Of a stretch of DNA of 64,000 nt, positions 12,722 through 25,292 are shown in pieces. The position numbers and the translations under genes were made by a program. Positions within the stretch are counted from its first letter, which is position 1. The number at the start of each line of letters is the position of its first letter. This DNA is from Rhizodiscina lignyota. Lineage: Eukaryota. The notes beneath the pieces are model-generated. The model worked only from the letters and a program-made list of their open reading frames with translations. It searched no databases and was not told the DNA's origin. The DNA lies in assembly GCA_010015805.1 (NCBI GenBank), contig ML978121.1, positions 3,782,001 through 3,846,000 of the forward strand, in the 5' to 3' direction.

Positions 12722-13969
12722 TCTCACGTCTCACAGAGCTGTAACTTATGTCTAATTAGTCGGAAGAGAGAAAGATGAAATGCGAACATGAGACGGAAAG
12801 AAAGGGAACATGCAACTAGGACTTTACGCAAGGTGAAGTCCGAACAACCTATGGACGTAGCAACAGCGCATTTGACGCCGAAAGCGATTAAGCAAGCATA
12901 AGCTCGCCAGCATCGCAGGTGCGTGTTTCCACACAATGCATTGTGGGCAGCAAATTTGTGGTCTGCTGGGCCTGCCACCGCCTTTGAGCCGAGACGAGCA
13001 TGGACAAGGTGTCAGGCATGCCCTTTATGCAACCCCCAATCACGGCGCGCCATGTCAGGACACCGCCCAAACGAAAAAATTCTGATATTTTGCTTCGGGC
13101 TCACTCGTCATATGCAATGGGAATCCCCACGCTTGCCAGCGAACGGCTGCAATGTATGCCCGAAAAGAGTTTCATCCGCGGTGCAAATCCGAGTCGTGGC
13201 ACGCGATTGCTCGCACGTTGTTGATTCATCCCGCCTCTTCTAGACGTTCATGCCCATGTGAGCAGTCAAGATTCTGCCCGTTGGACCCAATTGAATGAGG
13301 GCAGCAGAAAAGAAAGCAATTTCGAGCGCGTCCAGAGGCGAGGAATTGTGATGACTCGTGGTGTAGGGTTGTGGTCAGGTTGGAATTGTGGAGCCAGGGC
13401 GAGATTGAAGGAGTCGGTCCAATGCCGCCGCCTCAGGGACCAAAATGCGGCACGTGAGAGCGCGTTCAATTCAATTCCACGCGTCGGTACGTTAGTGGAG
13501 TACATACTCCATACTATGACGTATCAGAAGTCTTTCCGGCCTCATGGTGTTGACCGCTTCAAACTGCAATTCGTTGTCGAAAGCGCTTAAATTGTGCCTG
13601 CATGAGAGAAGGAGCTTCTTGCCGAGCTCCCTCCGCAGTCATCAACTGACCTACCAAATAGCCAACCTCCTCCGAAAACTTTGAGCGGTTAAGAACTGAA
13701 TGTTCCTCCAATTGCTTCTACCTTGAGTACGACAGAACATATTCTCTATTCATGTAGCCCGATACGAGCAATGCCGGCTGGCTCTCGCGGCACATTGCAT
13801 CGGGCTCCCCCGCACTCATTCGCCGAGGACACCGATCTACAGCGAAGGTACTCCGTAGGTACATTTTCTATCATGCTGATTAGATTGGCAAGGTCTCTCT
13901 TACCATTCCATTCTGTCCTCCAGCTGCTTTGAGTTCAATTGTCTCTTCAAACGTCCTTCCCTTCCCAGC

Positions 13970-15762
13970 ATGGCTATCCAAGACTACAAGGAGGTGTCAA
14001 AGCACAAACTCCAGGCAAACGCAGCCTTGATACCGAAGGAATGGGTTCTCGCGGCCGAGTACCTGAAGAACGTGAACGCAGAATCTGATCTCAATGTTCT
14101 GGATGTGCCGAGCAAATGTGGTATTCTTTCGGAGAAGGAGCTAGAGCTCACAGGAAATTATGATGCCACGGCGCTGTTGGAAAAGATAGCTGGGAAAGAG
14201 GTCAGCAGCTATGAAGTGGTATTGGCATTTTGCAAAAGAGCCGCCATTGCACAGCAATTGGTAAGATATGGTTCCCGATTCAGCAACTACTACTTTGAAG
14301 GCTCTCACTGATGGGGGATTAGACAAACTGTCTTACCGAGATCATGTTCGAAGAAGCCCTCATACGTGCCAAACAATGTGACGAATATCTCGCAAAGAAT
14401 GGGAAAGTGATGGGTCCACTCCACGGGCTTCCTATCTCTCTCAAGGATTCCTTCAATGTCAAGGGTTATCAAACGACTATCGGCTTCGTCTCTTTTGCAT
14501 CTCATCCACCGGCTGTTATTAATTCGGTTTTGGTTGAAATTTTGATTAAAAATGGAATGGTTTGTTATTGCAAATCAAATCTGCCGCAATCAATGATGTC
14601 CGCCGACTCCGATAACAACCTGTTCGGGCGAACACTGAATCCCAACAAGCTGTCGCTTACTGCTGGTGGAAGCACTGGCGGAGAAGGCGCCTTGATCAAG
14701 ATGCGTGGAAGTGTCCTTGGTATCGGTACAGATATTGCGGGAAGCGTGCGCATTCCCGCCCTCTGCGATGGCATTTTTGGCTTCAAGCCCACTGTTGGCA
14801 GAATCCCGTTTGCTGGAAAGGTGCCGCCAGGGAGACTGGGAAGCCCCGGTCAGATTGCTCCAGTTATTGGGCCAGAGGGACACTCCGTTCGTGATATGGA
14901 ACTCTTCATGAGAGTCGTGATTGATGCAGAGCCATGGGAGCTTGACGAAGGTACTATTGCTATCCCGTGGAGAAGACTGCAGCCTATCACCAGAAAGTTG
15001 AGGCTTGGCTTGATTTTGGAGGACGCCAAACGACCACTGCACCCACCGATGCTGAGGACAATGAAAGCTGCGGCAAAAGAACTGGAAGCATCAGGGCATA
15101 CCATCGTACCAATGGACGACAAGATTCCATCAATTTGGGAGTCTTCCATCCTTGCATGGAAATACTTCCTCCTCGACCCGAAGAAGACCCCCCTCAAACA
15201 TATTAAAGCGGCCGAGGAGCCAATAGTCAAGTCACTACATGCCTGTTTCTACGATGAACTCAAAGGATGGGAGCCGAGTTTGGACGAGTTGTGGGATATG
15301 AACGTGCAGAGACGAAAGACCATGAAAGTGTACCACGACATTATCGTGCAGAATCAGCTTGATGGCTTCATCATGCCGCCGTACCAAGCAACGGCGCAGC
15401 CGCACGACCTTTATGGAGTACCTCCATACACTGTAATCCCTAATTTGCTTGACGTAAGTCGATCGAAGTGAGATGCCGTTGTCGGTGCTGACGTTATGTA
15501 GTATCCGGCCGCTTCTATCCCGTACCTTGAGGCGAACAAAGGCCTTGACAAGGAATTCATTCGCGATGGGATAGCATATGAGCCACCTTGTGAGTTGTTC
15601 AACCTTTGTAATATGCTGTGTCATAGCTGACAGCTTGTAGACCATGCAGATGCGGTAGAAGGTGCGCCAAGCGGAATCCAAGTGGTTGGTAAACCTATGA
15701 AAGACGAAGAGTTGATTCAAATCATGAGCATTGTGGCAGATGTTCTGAAGGCAAAGTCATGA
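13970..15762 (+). CDS. Amidase-signature family enzyme (acetamidase/general amidase-like)
   Basis: GPLHGLPISLKD, GGSTGGEG and GTDIAGSVRIP motifs (Lys-cisSer-Ser triad). Introns at ~14261-14322, 15454-15501 and 15589-15640. Confidence 0.9.
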
Positions 15763-15938
15763 GGCCCCTCTGGTATGGTACTGCTGTTATTGCACGCTCC
15801 GCGGAGAGCGTGGGATCCTTCAAATCGCCGGCCTTGGCAGGTTACTACATGTTGGATTATAAGTCTCACGAAGTGTTATCCGAAGCGCCTCCCGACGAAA
15901 GACACGAGCGATATGCGAATGAAGCAACATCGTTATAT

Positions 15939-16844
15939 TTACAGCTTCGACGGTACCCATTGCGGCTGCTTCTTCTGAGCAAACGCAGTCAGACCAATCA
16001 ATGTATTCTCCGCCTTTGCCAGCTTCGCGGCATATGCGTCTGCAGTCAATTGACTTGCGCGCTCCACTGAACCCGTCTCCCACGCTTGTCTTAAGCCGTG
16101 CCTTGTCACTACGATAGCGTCTGGTGAAAGATTTGCGATCTGGCTTGCCATCTGCACCGCCTCGTCTATCAGCGACTCATGCGTCTTGGATATCTTGTTG
16201 ATGATGAGGTATTTCTCTGCCTCTTGTGCACTTAGTTGTCTTCCTGCCATTGCGATTTCCGATGCGAGCACCATGCCGCATTGGCGGACCAGGCGGGAGA
16301 GGCCGCCAGCGCCAGCGTAGAGGCCTCGAGAGGCTTCGGGGAGACCAAATCGTGCACGTGGTGAGGCAACAATCATGTCACTATTAAAATACTTGTTAGC
16401 AATGCTTGTCGGTGGTGGAGAGCACGAGACGAAGAAGAAGGGCACATACCATCCCAAGCAAATCTCGAATCCTCCACCCAGCGCATACCCGTTCACCGCA
16501 GCAATTACCGGCTTCTTTCCAGTTCTACGGCTGACAGCCATGAATCCGCCCAATGGATGTGTCATCATTTGCCTTGGCAACGGCTTCCTCTTAATCTCGC
16601 CTTGTTCTATGAGGTCCTGTCCGGCGCAGAATGCCTTCTCACCAGCTCCTGTAATGATGGCTACGCGAAGGGATGGCTCCTCGTCAAACCAATCAAACAA
16701 TGCGCCGGCTTCCCAATGTGAGGCGTAGGGCAGGGAGTTCATAGCTTTGGGCCGATTGATTGTAATAAGGACGACATAGGGTGCGGGATAGGAGAGGATG
16801 TAAGTAGGCGTGGCTGGAGGTTTGGTCTGGAGCTTGTCTGCCAT
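15939..16844 (-). CDS. Enoyl-CoA hydratase/isomerase (crotonase) family, peroxisomal (C-terminal SKL)
   Basis: NRPKAMNSL, FCAGQDL, KPVIAAVNGYALGGGFE and FGLPE motifs. Intron 16381-16449. The protein ends WVPSKL (PTS1). Confidence 0.9.
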   Translation of the reverse strand: MADKLQTKPPATPTYILSYPAPYVVLITINRPKAMNSLPYASHWEAGALFDWFDEEPSLRVAIITGAGEKAFCAGQDLIEQGEIKRKPLPRQMMTHPLGGFMAVSRRTGKKPVIAAVNGYALGGGFEICLGWYVPFFFVSCSPPPTSIANKYFNSDMIVASPRARFGLPEASRGLYAGAGGLSRLVRQCGMVLASEIAMAGRQLSAQEAEKYLIINKISKTHESLIDEAVQMASQIANLSPDAIVVTRHGLRQAWETGSVERASQLTADAYAAKLAKAENTLIGLTAFAQKKQPQWVPSKL

Positions 16845-16994
16845 TGTGAGGGTTACGCAGCAATTGAACTGACTGAATGTGTTATATGAACAGGAAGAAT
16901 TAAGATTGACGTTATATTGGCTTAAATTTCAGGTAAACGTGTGAAGCTGAGAGAACATCGCAAGCTTTCCCCACGCTTGAAAATGGATGTCGAA

Positions 16995-17000
16995 CCGAGG
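16995..17000. promoter_or_regulatory. CCGAGG/CCTCGG FarA/FarB(CTF1)-type site upstream of the peroxisomal enoyl-CoA hydratase
   Basis: Exact hexamer about 150 bp upstream of the ATG of a PTS1-bearing beta-oxidation-type enzyme. Confidence 0.45.
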
Positions 17001-17876
17001 TCGAACTTGTCAAGCCGGTTCATCGTCGGCAGTCGATGCCCGAGACGCTGTTATAAGCATTTAATTCAGCTTTACTGTTTAGCACTCGCTGCTCTCAACG
17101 CTAGGGTCGCAAATTGACAAGTAACGGATAACATATGGATCAGAAGGACCTGGAGTTCCAGCTGGCACGTGGTGGCACGGAAAAGGAGCTCTGCGATGGA
17201 GCCACATAGTGGCGGTGCCCCACCCAGTTAATGACTAACGCCACATCTCAACCCCAGCCGGATCCATGTTCAGCCCGTCTGACCTAGCTCCCGGCTCTTG
17301 GTAACTTACGGCCCCTGAACGTCAAATGCTCAACAACATGCACTGCCGTGGGTGAGATATCGGCCTGCGGCTAAGTCGGAAGGTCTCACGTACCCGTTGC
17401 TACTCAAGCGGCAGTCGAAGGCGTCCCAAACCAGCCAATTGCACGCCGTGTCAGGGGCCGGGGAGTTACGGCCCTCCAGCTTCCCACGCTCGTGATTTGC
17501 GGGGTGTGGAAGTGCGTGGAGCTTAGCTGCTAACTATGGATGCAGAGTCATAACGGACCACAGCACACAGGACGGCCAGATGAAAGCCTCGTGCTCGTCT
17601 TAAGGTATTTGCGGCCGTCGCCGTCCGGCAATTGGGTCAGAGGAACTGCCGTACTCCTATATCAATCTAAAGACTTCACCATCCTCTGTTCACGCTCATG
17701 AGAATCAATATCACGTTGCGTCATCGGATATCGCTCCGCTTAGATCAGAACTTTCGTATATAAGAGGTTTAATCCAGCCTTGAGAAGTATCTGTCTTCGG
17801 GAGTGCACGTTCAATATCTTGGACATCCGAAACTCCCGCAAGATCAGATACTCCAATCTTTCTTGATCATTTCGCC

Positions 17877-19583
17877 ATGGCGCTCACTACTCTGATTTCG
17901 ATCTCTCCACTCTACGCTGCTGCCCTTGGTCTCGTCGGATTCCTAGTCTGTCTTGTTGTGAACAGCAAAAAGTATAAGCTTGATCACATTCCGGGACCAT
18001 TCATTGCAAAATACACCGACGCGTGGCGAGCTTACAAGGCTTGGAGTTTTAATCACTTCACGGATGGCAACAACTACCAGACAGAGCTGCTCGGAAAGTA
18101 TGGCGATGTTGTGAGGATTGGGCCGAATACCGTGTTGGTGCTTGATCCAGAAGCTATCAATACAGTCTTGGGATTCAAGGAGAGACTGGAAAAGGGCCCT
18201 GGATACCAAGTCTTCGTCATTCGAGGTGAGGATTTCAGGATCATGCGAGCGCTGGTGTAATTAACCGCATTATTCCAGGCACGACGCAGACTGCTCTTGT
18301 CGGCATTAAAGATGAGGCCACCCATGGCAGATATCGAAGACCGATTGCAAACGCGTATTCCCTTTCTTCGTTGAAGGGATACGAGCCGTATATCGACCAG
18401 ACGATCAACACGCTGACAGACGTATTGGACCAACGCGTGACGGACGGCAAGGCGATCAACATGAGCGACTATTTGCATTATTGTGAGACCGAAAAGATAC
18501 CCTTTGTCTGCATTCCATGTTGCTAATTCACTATTGAAAGGGTCCTTTGATGTCATCTCAACTCTCACTTTCGGCGAGCCGCTTGGATTCATTCAGCATG
18601 GCAACGACTTCAATGGTATGATCAAGGCGCAGAAGGCTGTGTTCAGACACATCAGCATCACGAACAACATGCCGCTTCTCGACACCATCGTGAAAATGAA
18701 TCCCATCCCAAAGCTGCTCCAAAAGAAACCGAATGTATTCTTTAATTTCGCTTCTCGCGTTGTCAAGGAACGCGTTTCGCAGGCCGATGTTGAAAAGGCG
18801 ACGCAGAAAACGACTAATGAGAAGGGACAGCAGATCCACAAAGATCTTTTGAGTAATTTTATTGCGGCCAGGCCCTCTTACCCGGACGTCATGACCGATC
18901 TACGCATTACGCACTATGCAACAACCAATGTCCTTGCTGGTGCAAATAATTCTGCGCTCGCAATGGACCGAACGATTCATTACCTTGCTCATCACCCCGA
19001 TATGCAGGAGAAGCTCCATGGCGAGATCATGAACACTAAAATGGACGATATTAAAGACACCGAAGGACCACCAGCTCTCGATCTCGCTCTGAAGATGAAA
19101 TTCCTCGAGGCAATCATCCAAGAATCATACCGCACATTTGCCATGCCATCCAACAACCTGGAACGTCTCGTATCCCCAGCGGGATTGACTTTGCCCAATG
19201 GAGTCCGTCTTCCTCCAGGTGCTGTTGCAGCAATGAATGGCCCGGCTCTGATGCACCGCAAAGAGATCTTTGGCGAGGACGTTGACGTTTTCCGTCCACA
19301 GCGGTGGATGAAGGGCGAAAACGAGACGGAGGAGCAGTTCGCGCAAAGGCGCCTCAAGATGGATCGCAGCATGCTGCCCTTTGGTTCCGGAAGCAGGACT
19401 TGCATTGGCAGAAATGTTGTTCAATTGGAACTGTACAAGATCTGGCCTCATCTAGTCAAGACCTACAAGGTACGAGAATCTTCCATCGTTTTCCTAGCGT
19501 CTCGGAGGCTGACACGCTTTCAGTTTGAGCCGGTTGGTGATGTGAAGCTCCATAACGTGTGGGTAACGGTAAAGCGACGATAG
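17877..19583 (+). CDS. Cytochrome P450 with atypical I-helix
   Basis: N-terminal TM anchor plus IPGP hinge, ExxR (ESYR), PQRW, and heme motif FGSGSRTCIG. Introns 18226-18278, 18483-18540 and 19470-19523. Confidence 0.92.
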
Positions 19584-20015
19584 ACGTTTGGTGGATCAAT
19601 GAGAGTAGTCTTGTACGTTTGAGACAAGTAGATGATGCCCGTCTGACATGTGGTACCTCATTGTCGATCAGCAATGAAGCACATAGCGATACAATCAGCA
19701 TGGAGGTTAACTGCTACAAATTTGAACTGGAGCATAGGTAGAGGACTCCCTGTGAAAAGGCACACTTAGAACTATAGAAGCTCAAGCACATTGTTGTGAA
19801 TTTTATAGAAACCTTTTCTTGATAGTTACGACTTACGAGTCAGGGAGCTGCGGCCCCAGTGGCAGGGTTGACCGACCTGCCGGAGCCGAATTCAACTTTG
19901 TTTTATAACTCCGCCATGTCCTTCACTTCACTCCAAGTCTCCATTGTCAATGAAGCAGAACCAAGACAGGAGCTGATGTGGTCCTGCCAATCTATTTAGA
20001 ATCAGCTTTTGGAAA

Positions 20016-21802
20016 ATGCGGCGAACCATTGCGACGGCCGAATCCATTCTCAGAAGTGTTCGGACTCCTGCCACCCGTCAAAACTGCCAATTCCCGCGAC
20101 TCCACAATGGCATCTCAAGGTCTCCGCTAAGAGCGCACAGAAGACTGCAGCACACATCTCCAAGAAAATCGGCTACCTCTTCCACTAGTTTCATCACCCA
20201 GATCGCAGTCTTGGCCGGAGGAGCATTGATTGGAGCATATGCCAGCTCATTTTTCAACAATGGCAAGAAAAATGCGAAAGCCGCTCCAGGTTCGACGACT
20301 TCTTTGGAGAACATGCCAATTGCGCGTTATAATCTCACCGAAAGTAATCTGCGAGGAGCCCAGGAAGAACTGACCTCATTACTCACGTCGGAACGCGTAA
20401 CGGATGACCTTGGGACGCGTATTGCACATTCAAGCACTGAATGGTCACCCGCGCCAAATGGAGATCTCGATCGTCCCACACTTGTTGTGTATCCACTAAC
20501 AACTGAAGATGTGAGCGGTATCGCGAAGATCTGCCATAAACGTCGAATTCCAATGATTGCATTCTCCGGCGGCACGAGTCTGGAAGGCACCTTGGCCATG
20601 ACTACACAAGGCGGTGTTTGCATCGACTTCTCTCGCATGAACAAGGTACTGGCACTTCACAAAGCTGACCTCGACGTCGTTGTCCAGCCCGGTGTGGGAT
20701 ATGAAGACTTAAACTCGCAGCTAGCCAAAGAAGGCCTCTTCTTTCCCCCCGATCCCGGCCCAGGAGCCCAGATTGGAGGCATGATATCTCAGGGCTGCTC
20801 CGGCACGAACGCGTATCGCTATGGAACCATGAAAGATTGGGTCTTGGGTCTTACAATTGTCTTGGCTGATGGATCAGTCGTGAAAACGAGACATCGACCT
20901 CGGAAATCAAGCGCCGGTTACAATCTTACCCAGCTCATTGTAGCATCGGAAGGCACCCTTGGCTTGGTCACAGAAGCGAGCTTAAAGTTGACCGGGAAGC
21001 CTGAGGTCGAAAAGGTTGCCGTTGCTTCGTTTCCCACGACGCATAAAGCCGTAGAGACTGTCCTGAAGATAGTGCAAAACGACCTGCCCGTTGCAGCTAT
21101 TGAGCTTCTGGACGACGTAACAATGGGCGCGGTCAACAAAGCTGGCTACTGTGACAAGGAGTATCCAGAAATCCCAACCTTATTCTTCAAGTTTTCAGGC
21201 CCAGAGAATGTCATCAAAGAGCAGATCAAGAAGGTCACGGAGTTTGCGAAGCAGTCTGCATGCAAGTCATTTGAGTTCTCTAAAACGGCCGATCAGGCTG
21301 CATCGCTGTGGCAAGCTCGGAAAACGGCGCTGTGGAGTCTGCTTGCTATCAAAGAGAAGCCAGAGGACAACTTCCTTAGCGCAGATGTCTGTGTCCCAAT
21401 CTCTCAAATGGCTGATATCATTGAGGAGACGCATACAAAGCTGGAGGAAAGCGGGCTTGTGGGCTCTTGCCTTGGGCATGTGGGAGACGGTAAGGCGACG
21501 CCAAAGTGCACGTACTTTGAAACTGACATCACCTAGGAAATTTCCACACGACCGTGCTTTATGGTGAGCATGACAAGAAGAAAGCGCGCGAGCTCATAAA
21601 ATGGGTTCAGAAGCGCGGCATTGAAATGGACGGTACGATCAGCGGAGAGCATGGCATTGGCCTCGAGAACAGAGATATGCTCTGTAATGAATTAGGCATG
21701 GGGTATATTGATGCCATGCGACATGTGAAGCTAGCATTGGATCCGCTCTGTCTTCTGAATCCCGACAAGATATTTCAGCTAAAGTTTGAGATAGAGAGAT
21801 GA
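20016..21802 (+). CDS. DLD1: Mitochondrial D-lactate/D-2-hydroxyacid dehydrogenase (cytochrome), FAD-linked oxidase family
   Basis: Arg-rich presequence, FSGGTSLEG, FFPPDPGPGAQIGGM, GHVGDGNFH (across intron 21490-21536), SGEHGIG and LDPxxLLNP. Confidence 0.85.
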
Positions 21803-22231
21803 TGGGGAAGAATTTGAGCTTTGAATCTGAGCGTAGTCTTTCAGCAGACAAAGAATGCTTCCATGTTTCCTTACCTGAGTTCTGTGAGCCTATGAATATT
21901 TTCCAACTGGCGATGTCCTATCGTTCAGGTGCTTCTCGGGGGTTTATTACCGTTTTTGGATCACTACTCCGCAACTTCGAGTCGGCAGCCCCAGGAGCAA
22001 TGTTTCAACTTCACTCTCATTATCAGCCATTTTTCTAGAAAAGAGTCTGGAATTTCTAATCTCAAAGCGTCTGTCGCACTATCATTATGCTCGTATGAGA
22101 TTTAAGGCGTCAGGTTCTCCGCTTCTGTATTTTTAAGCAGTCGAGACATGTTCTTGTTCCACGGCAAAGAGTGGCCGACGTAGGCTTTATCAAGACGAAA
22201 GAATGTCACGAAAGCAGGTAAATCAGTAACA

Positions 22232-23272
22232 ATGGCTCCTAGCAAGAATGTTTTCATCATCGGCCCTGGATTCATCGGCTGGGGGGTCCTCGATCTTCTC
22301 GTCGCCGAAGGCTACCAAGTCACAGGCTTTGTCCGTCGGCGAGAACACGGAGAGCAGATTGAAGCATCAGGCGCCAAATATGTAAAGGGTGATCTCGGTG
22401 ACAAAGAAATAATCACTCGACATGCTACTGAGAGCGATATCATCATTCACACCGCGACGGCCGACCACCTCAGGAGTGTGGAAGCAATCCTTGATGCCAT
22501 CAAAGACCGGGCACAAAGAGGACTCATGACCATATACATACACACTTCTGGAACCTCGGTCCTTGCTGATGGTGCGAAAGGAATGCATAAATCCGACAAA
22601 GTGTATCATGACAACGTTAGATCGGAAGTCGACTCTGTGCCTGACACTGCGCCGCATCGTCAGATAGATCTTGCCATAATCAGGGCTCAGAAGGCGATTA
22701 GGGAGAAAGCAAAGATTGCCATCATGACCCCTCCCTTGATCTATGGCTACAATCCCAAGCACAAGCGCCTGACCATCCAGATCCCGACCTTAACCAGATT
22801 TGCAATCAAGAACGGTTTCGCTGGATACGTCGGAAACGGTCTCTCTGTCAAGTCGAACATCCACGTCCTTGATTTGGCGAGGGCGTACGTGGTGTTGCTT
22901 CATCACATGGAGAGGACAGAGCCATCGGAGATCCTTAAGAATCCATACTATTTCTGCGAGTCCACGGGCAACAACGAGCCATCATCGGGCGACATTGCAG
23001 AAACTATTGGGGAAGGTCTGCACAAAGCAGAGAAAATATCCAATCCCACGCCAAAAGCGATTCCGCAAGACATGTACGATGATCTTTTCGGGGATCACAC
23101 GCCAGCTGTAATAGGACCGAATAACCGGAGTCGAGCAGTGAGGCTGCGAGAGCTTGGATGGAAGCCAATCGAGAAGGACTGGAAGAGTAGTTACTTGGAA
23201 GACGAACTCCCGGCGATCTTGAAGGAGGAGACCGGGCAATTTCACGGCTATAAGCGTACTGTGATGAGCTGA
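22232..23272 (+). CDS. NAD(P)-dependent epimerase/dehydratase-like (extended/atypical SDR) protein
   Basis: Intronless 346-aa ORF with an N-terminal Rossmann motif (VFIIGPGFIG), IHTSGTS, PPLIYG and NIHVLDLARAY. Confidence 0.8.
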   Translation: MAPSKNVFIIGPGFIGWGVLDLLVAEGYQVTGFVRRREHGEQIEASGAKYVKGDLGDKEIITRHATESDIIIHTATADHLRSVEAILDAIKDRAQRGLMTIYIHTSGTSVLADGAKGMHKSDKVYHDNVRSEVDSVPDTAPHRQIDLAIIRAQKAIREKAKIAIMTPPLIYGYNPKHKRLTIQIPTLTRFAIKNGFAGYVGNGLSVKSNIHVLDLARAYVVLLHHMERTEPSEILKNPYYFCESTGNNEPSSGDIAETIGEGLHKAEKISNPTPKAIPQDMYDDLFGDHTPAVIGPNNRSRAVRLRELGWKPIEKDWKSSYLEDELPAILKEETGQFHGYKRTVMS

Positions 23273-23726
23273 GCAATGTGTGGATGTTTGACTCCGTTCC
23301 CCTCGTTCATGTGAAGGTTGGAGAGAACGCAAAAAGGGAGAAACAGAAAGCAGTTGCTTGTCGTGGAAGAGGCTTCGAGCCCTTTTCCAGACCATTTCCG
23401 CTTTTGAAAAAGTCTCCGCATGCCCTTGATGCCGCAGTGCGGCACGGCTTGCAGTTGAAGCACCGAGCATCACTCACATCCATTCCTCCATCTAGAGAAT
23501 TAGCCACAAGCCATGCCTTTTAAAGTCCTCATTAAATTTAAATTGTGACCTGTGATTGCTCAGCTTGATCCTCGGCCGGCGGAGATACGAGCATCGGTGA
23601 GGAGAGGAGTGCAGTACTCCGTAGGATAAGCTTTGGTGACTCCTTTTTTCCGCTCTAGAGTTATATACTTTTTCTACACCTTCAATTTTGCTCCATTTTA
23701 GATATTCTCTCATACACTCAATTGAC

Positions 23727-24844
23727 ATGGCTTCCTGGCTCCCAAAGGTCCGCGTTGCAGGTATGAATCCAATCGATCGTTCTCATCAGAGTCACTAACA
23801 ATTTCCAGCATGCAATGTTGCCCCAGTCTTCATGGACACTGCGAAGACAGTGCATAAGACAATTGGCCTCATCCGCGAAGCAGCGACAAACCGGGCAGAT
23901 CTCGTTGTCTTTCCAGAGACTTATATTCCTGCGTTTCCACTATGGGTGCGTAATCCCATTCGTATCTGTTACGACACCTCTGTAACGAAGCAAAGCAGGC
24001 AGCGGTAGCGTCGCCGATTGACAACCACTCATTCTTTGGACGCCTCGCCCAAGAAAGCCTCCTCATCGATGGCAAGGAGATGCGCTCCATTCAACAAGCA
24101 TGTGCAAAGAACAAGATCTTCGCCCACGTAGGCTTCAATGAGCGCAGCCATTACAGTGTGGGATGCATTTGGAACTCATCAGTGCTCATAAGCGACGAGG
24201 GGAAGATTCTGAATCACCACCGCAAGCTCCAACCTACATTCTACGAGAAGCTTGTGTGGTCGCCCGGCGATGGTGCTGGCCTCAAAGTGGTGGACACGCA
24301 GAGGCTAGGCAAGATCGGCAGCTTGATTTGCGGTGAAAATACGAATCCGCTCGCGCGATGGTCGTTGATTGCGCAGGGGGAGCAGCTTCACGTCACTACC
24401 TGGCCACCTGTCTGGCCAACACGCAGAGTACAGACTGCGCCTACGGAGTCTGAAGAAGGCGCATCAGTCGGCAAGCAATACGATAATGTCGCTGCAAATC
24501 GCACAAGAACCGCAGCACATTGTTTCGAGGCAAAATGCTTTGGCGTGCTCTGCTCAGCGTACATGGACAAAGAAGCTCGAGATATGATCGTCAAGCACGC
24601 ACCATCCTCGGCGGAGACGCTGGACAATGTCACGCAAGGAGCCAGCCTATTCCTTGATCCGACTGGCTCGCAAGTCGGCGAGCAGATACAGGGCCAGGAA
24701 GGAGTCGTTTATGCAGACTTGGATTTGAACGCCTGTGTTGAGCCGAAGCAGTTCCACGACACTGTGGGCGGATATCAACGTTTCGATATATTTGACTTGA
24801 AAGTAGATAGAACGCGACGAGGGCCGGAGACTTCATTCGAATAG
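23727..24844 (+). CDS. Nitrilase (carbon-nitrogen hydrolase family)
   Basis: The catalytic Glu-Lys-Cys triad sits in VFPET, HRKLQPT and LICGEN; C-terminal DTVGGYQRFDIF. Introns 23761-23808 and 23946-23998. Confidence 0.92.
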
Positions 24845-25292
24845 CTTGAGGAAATGAGGCTTTGTTGAGACATGAGATCTTGGTTCGACGTTTCCAGTCT
24901 CAGTTTAGTGTTTAGAAGTGTTACCTAAATCGCTATTGCGCGAGTAGTCGGTTCGAGCATATCAGAAGCCTTCAACGACGCTGGCAATCTGAGCGAGAAT
25001 GAAAATTGCTCAGAGCAGTCGCAATTCGCTCAGTCAGGTCCATTGGCATCAGTTCATTCCATTTTCAAAGTAGAATACGCGAATTCAATGTCGAATGCAT
25101 GTGCAACCATCACCTTAGCTGTGGTCTAAAGACTCCTCAACCGCCTTGGGAGCGCTGCACTGAAATGCAATTATGAGACTCAATCTCTGCGCTTACTTAA
25201 CTATCTCTTTCGTTCTGTTTGATAGCAGTCATAACCAACATATTCATACTAATACCTCAAGTGCTGAAAAGAACATTTAATGGCCGCCCCGT

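Noticed and set aside
22232..23272. Intronless SDR-like gene as a possible horizontal transfer
   Set aside because: Intronless genes are common in fungi, and there is no compositional or other evidence without a phylogeny.
23278..23523. Short ORF between the SDR-like gene and the nitrilase
   Set aside because: It has no recognisable motif or splice structure and probably represents UTR or promoter sequence.
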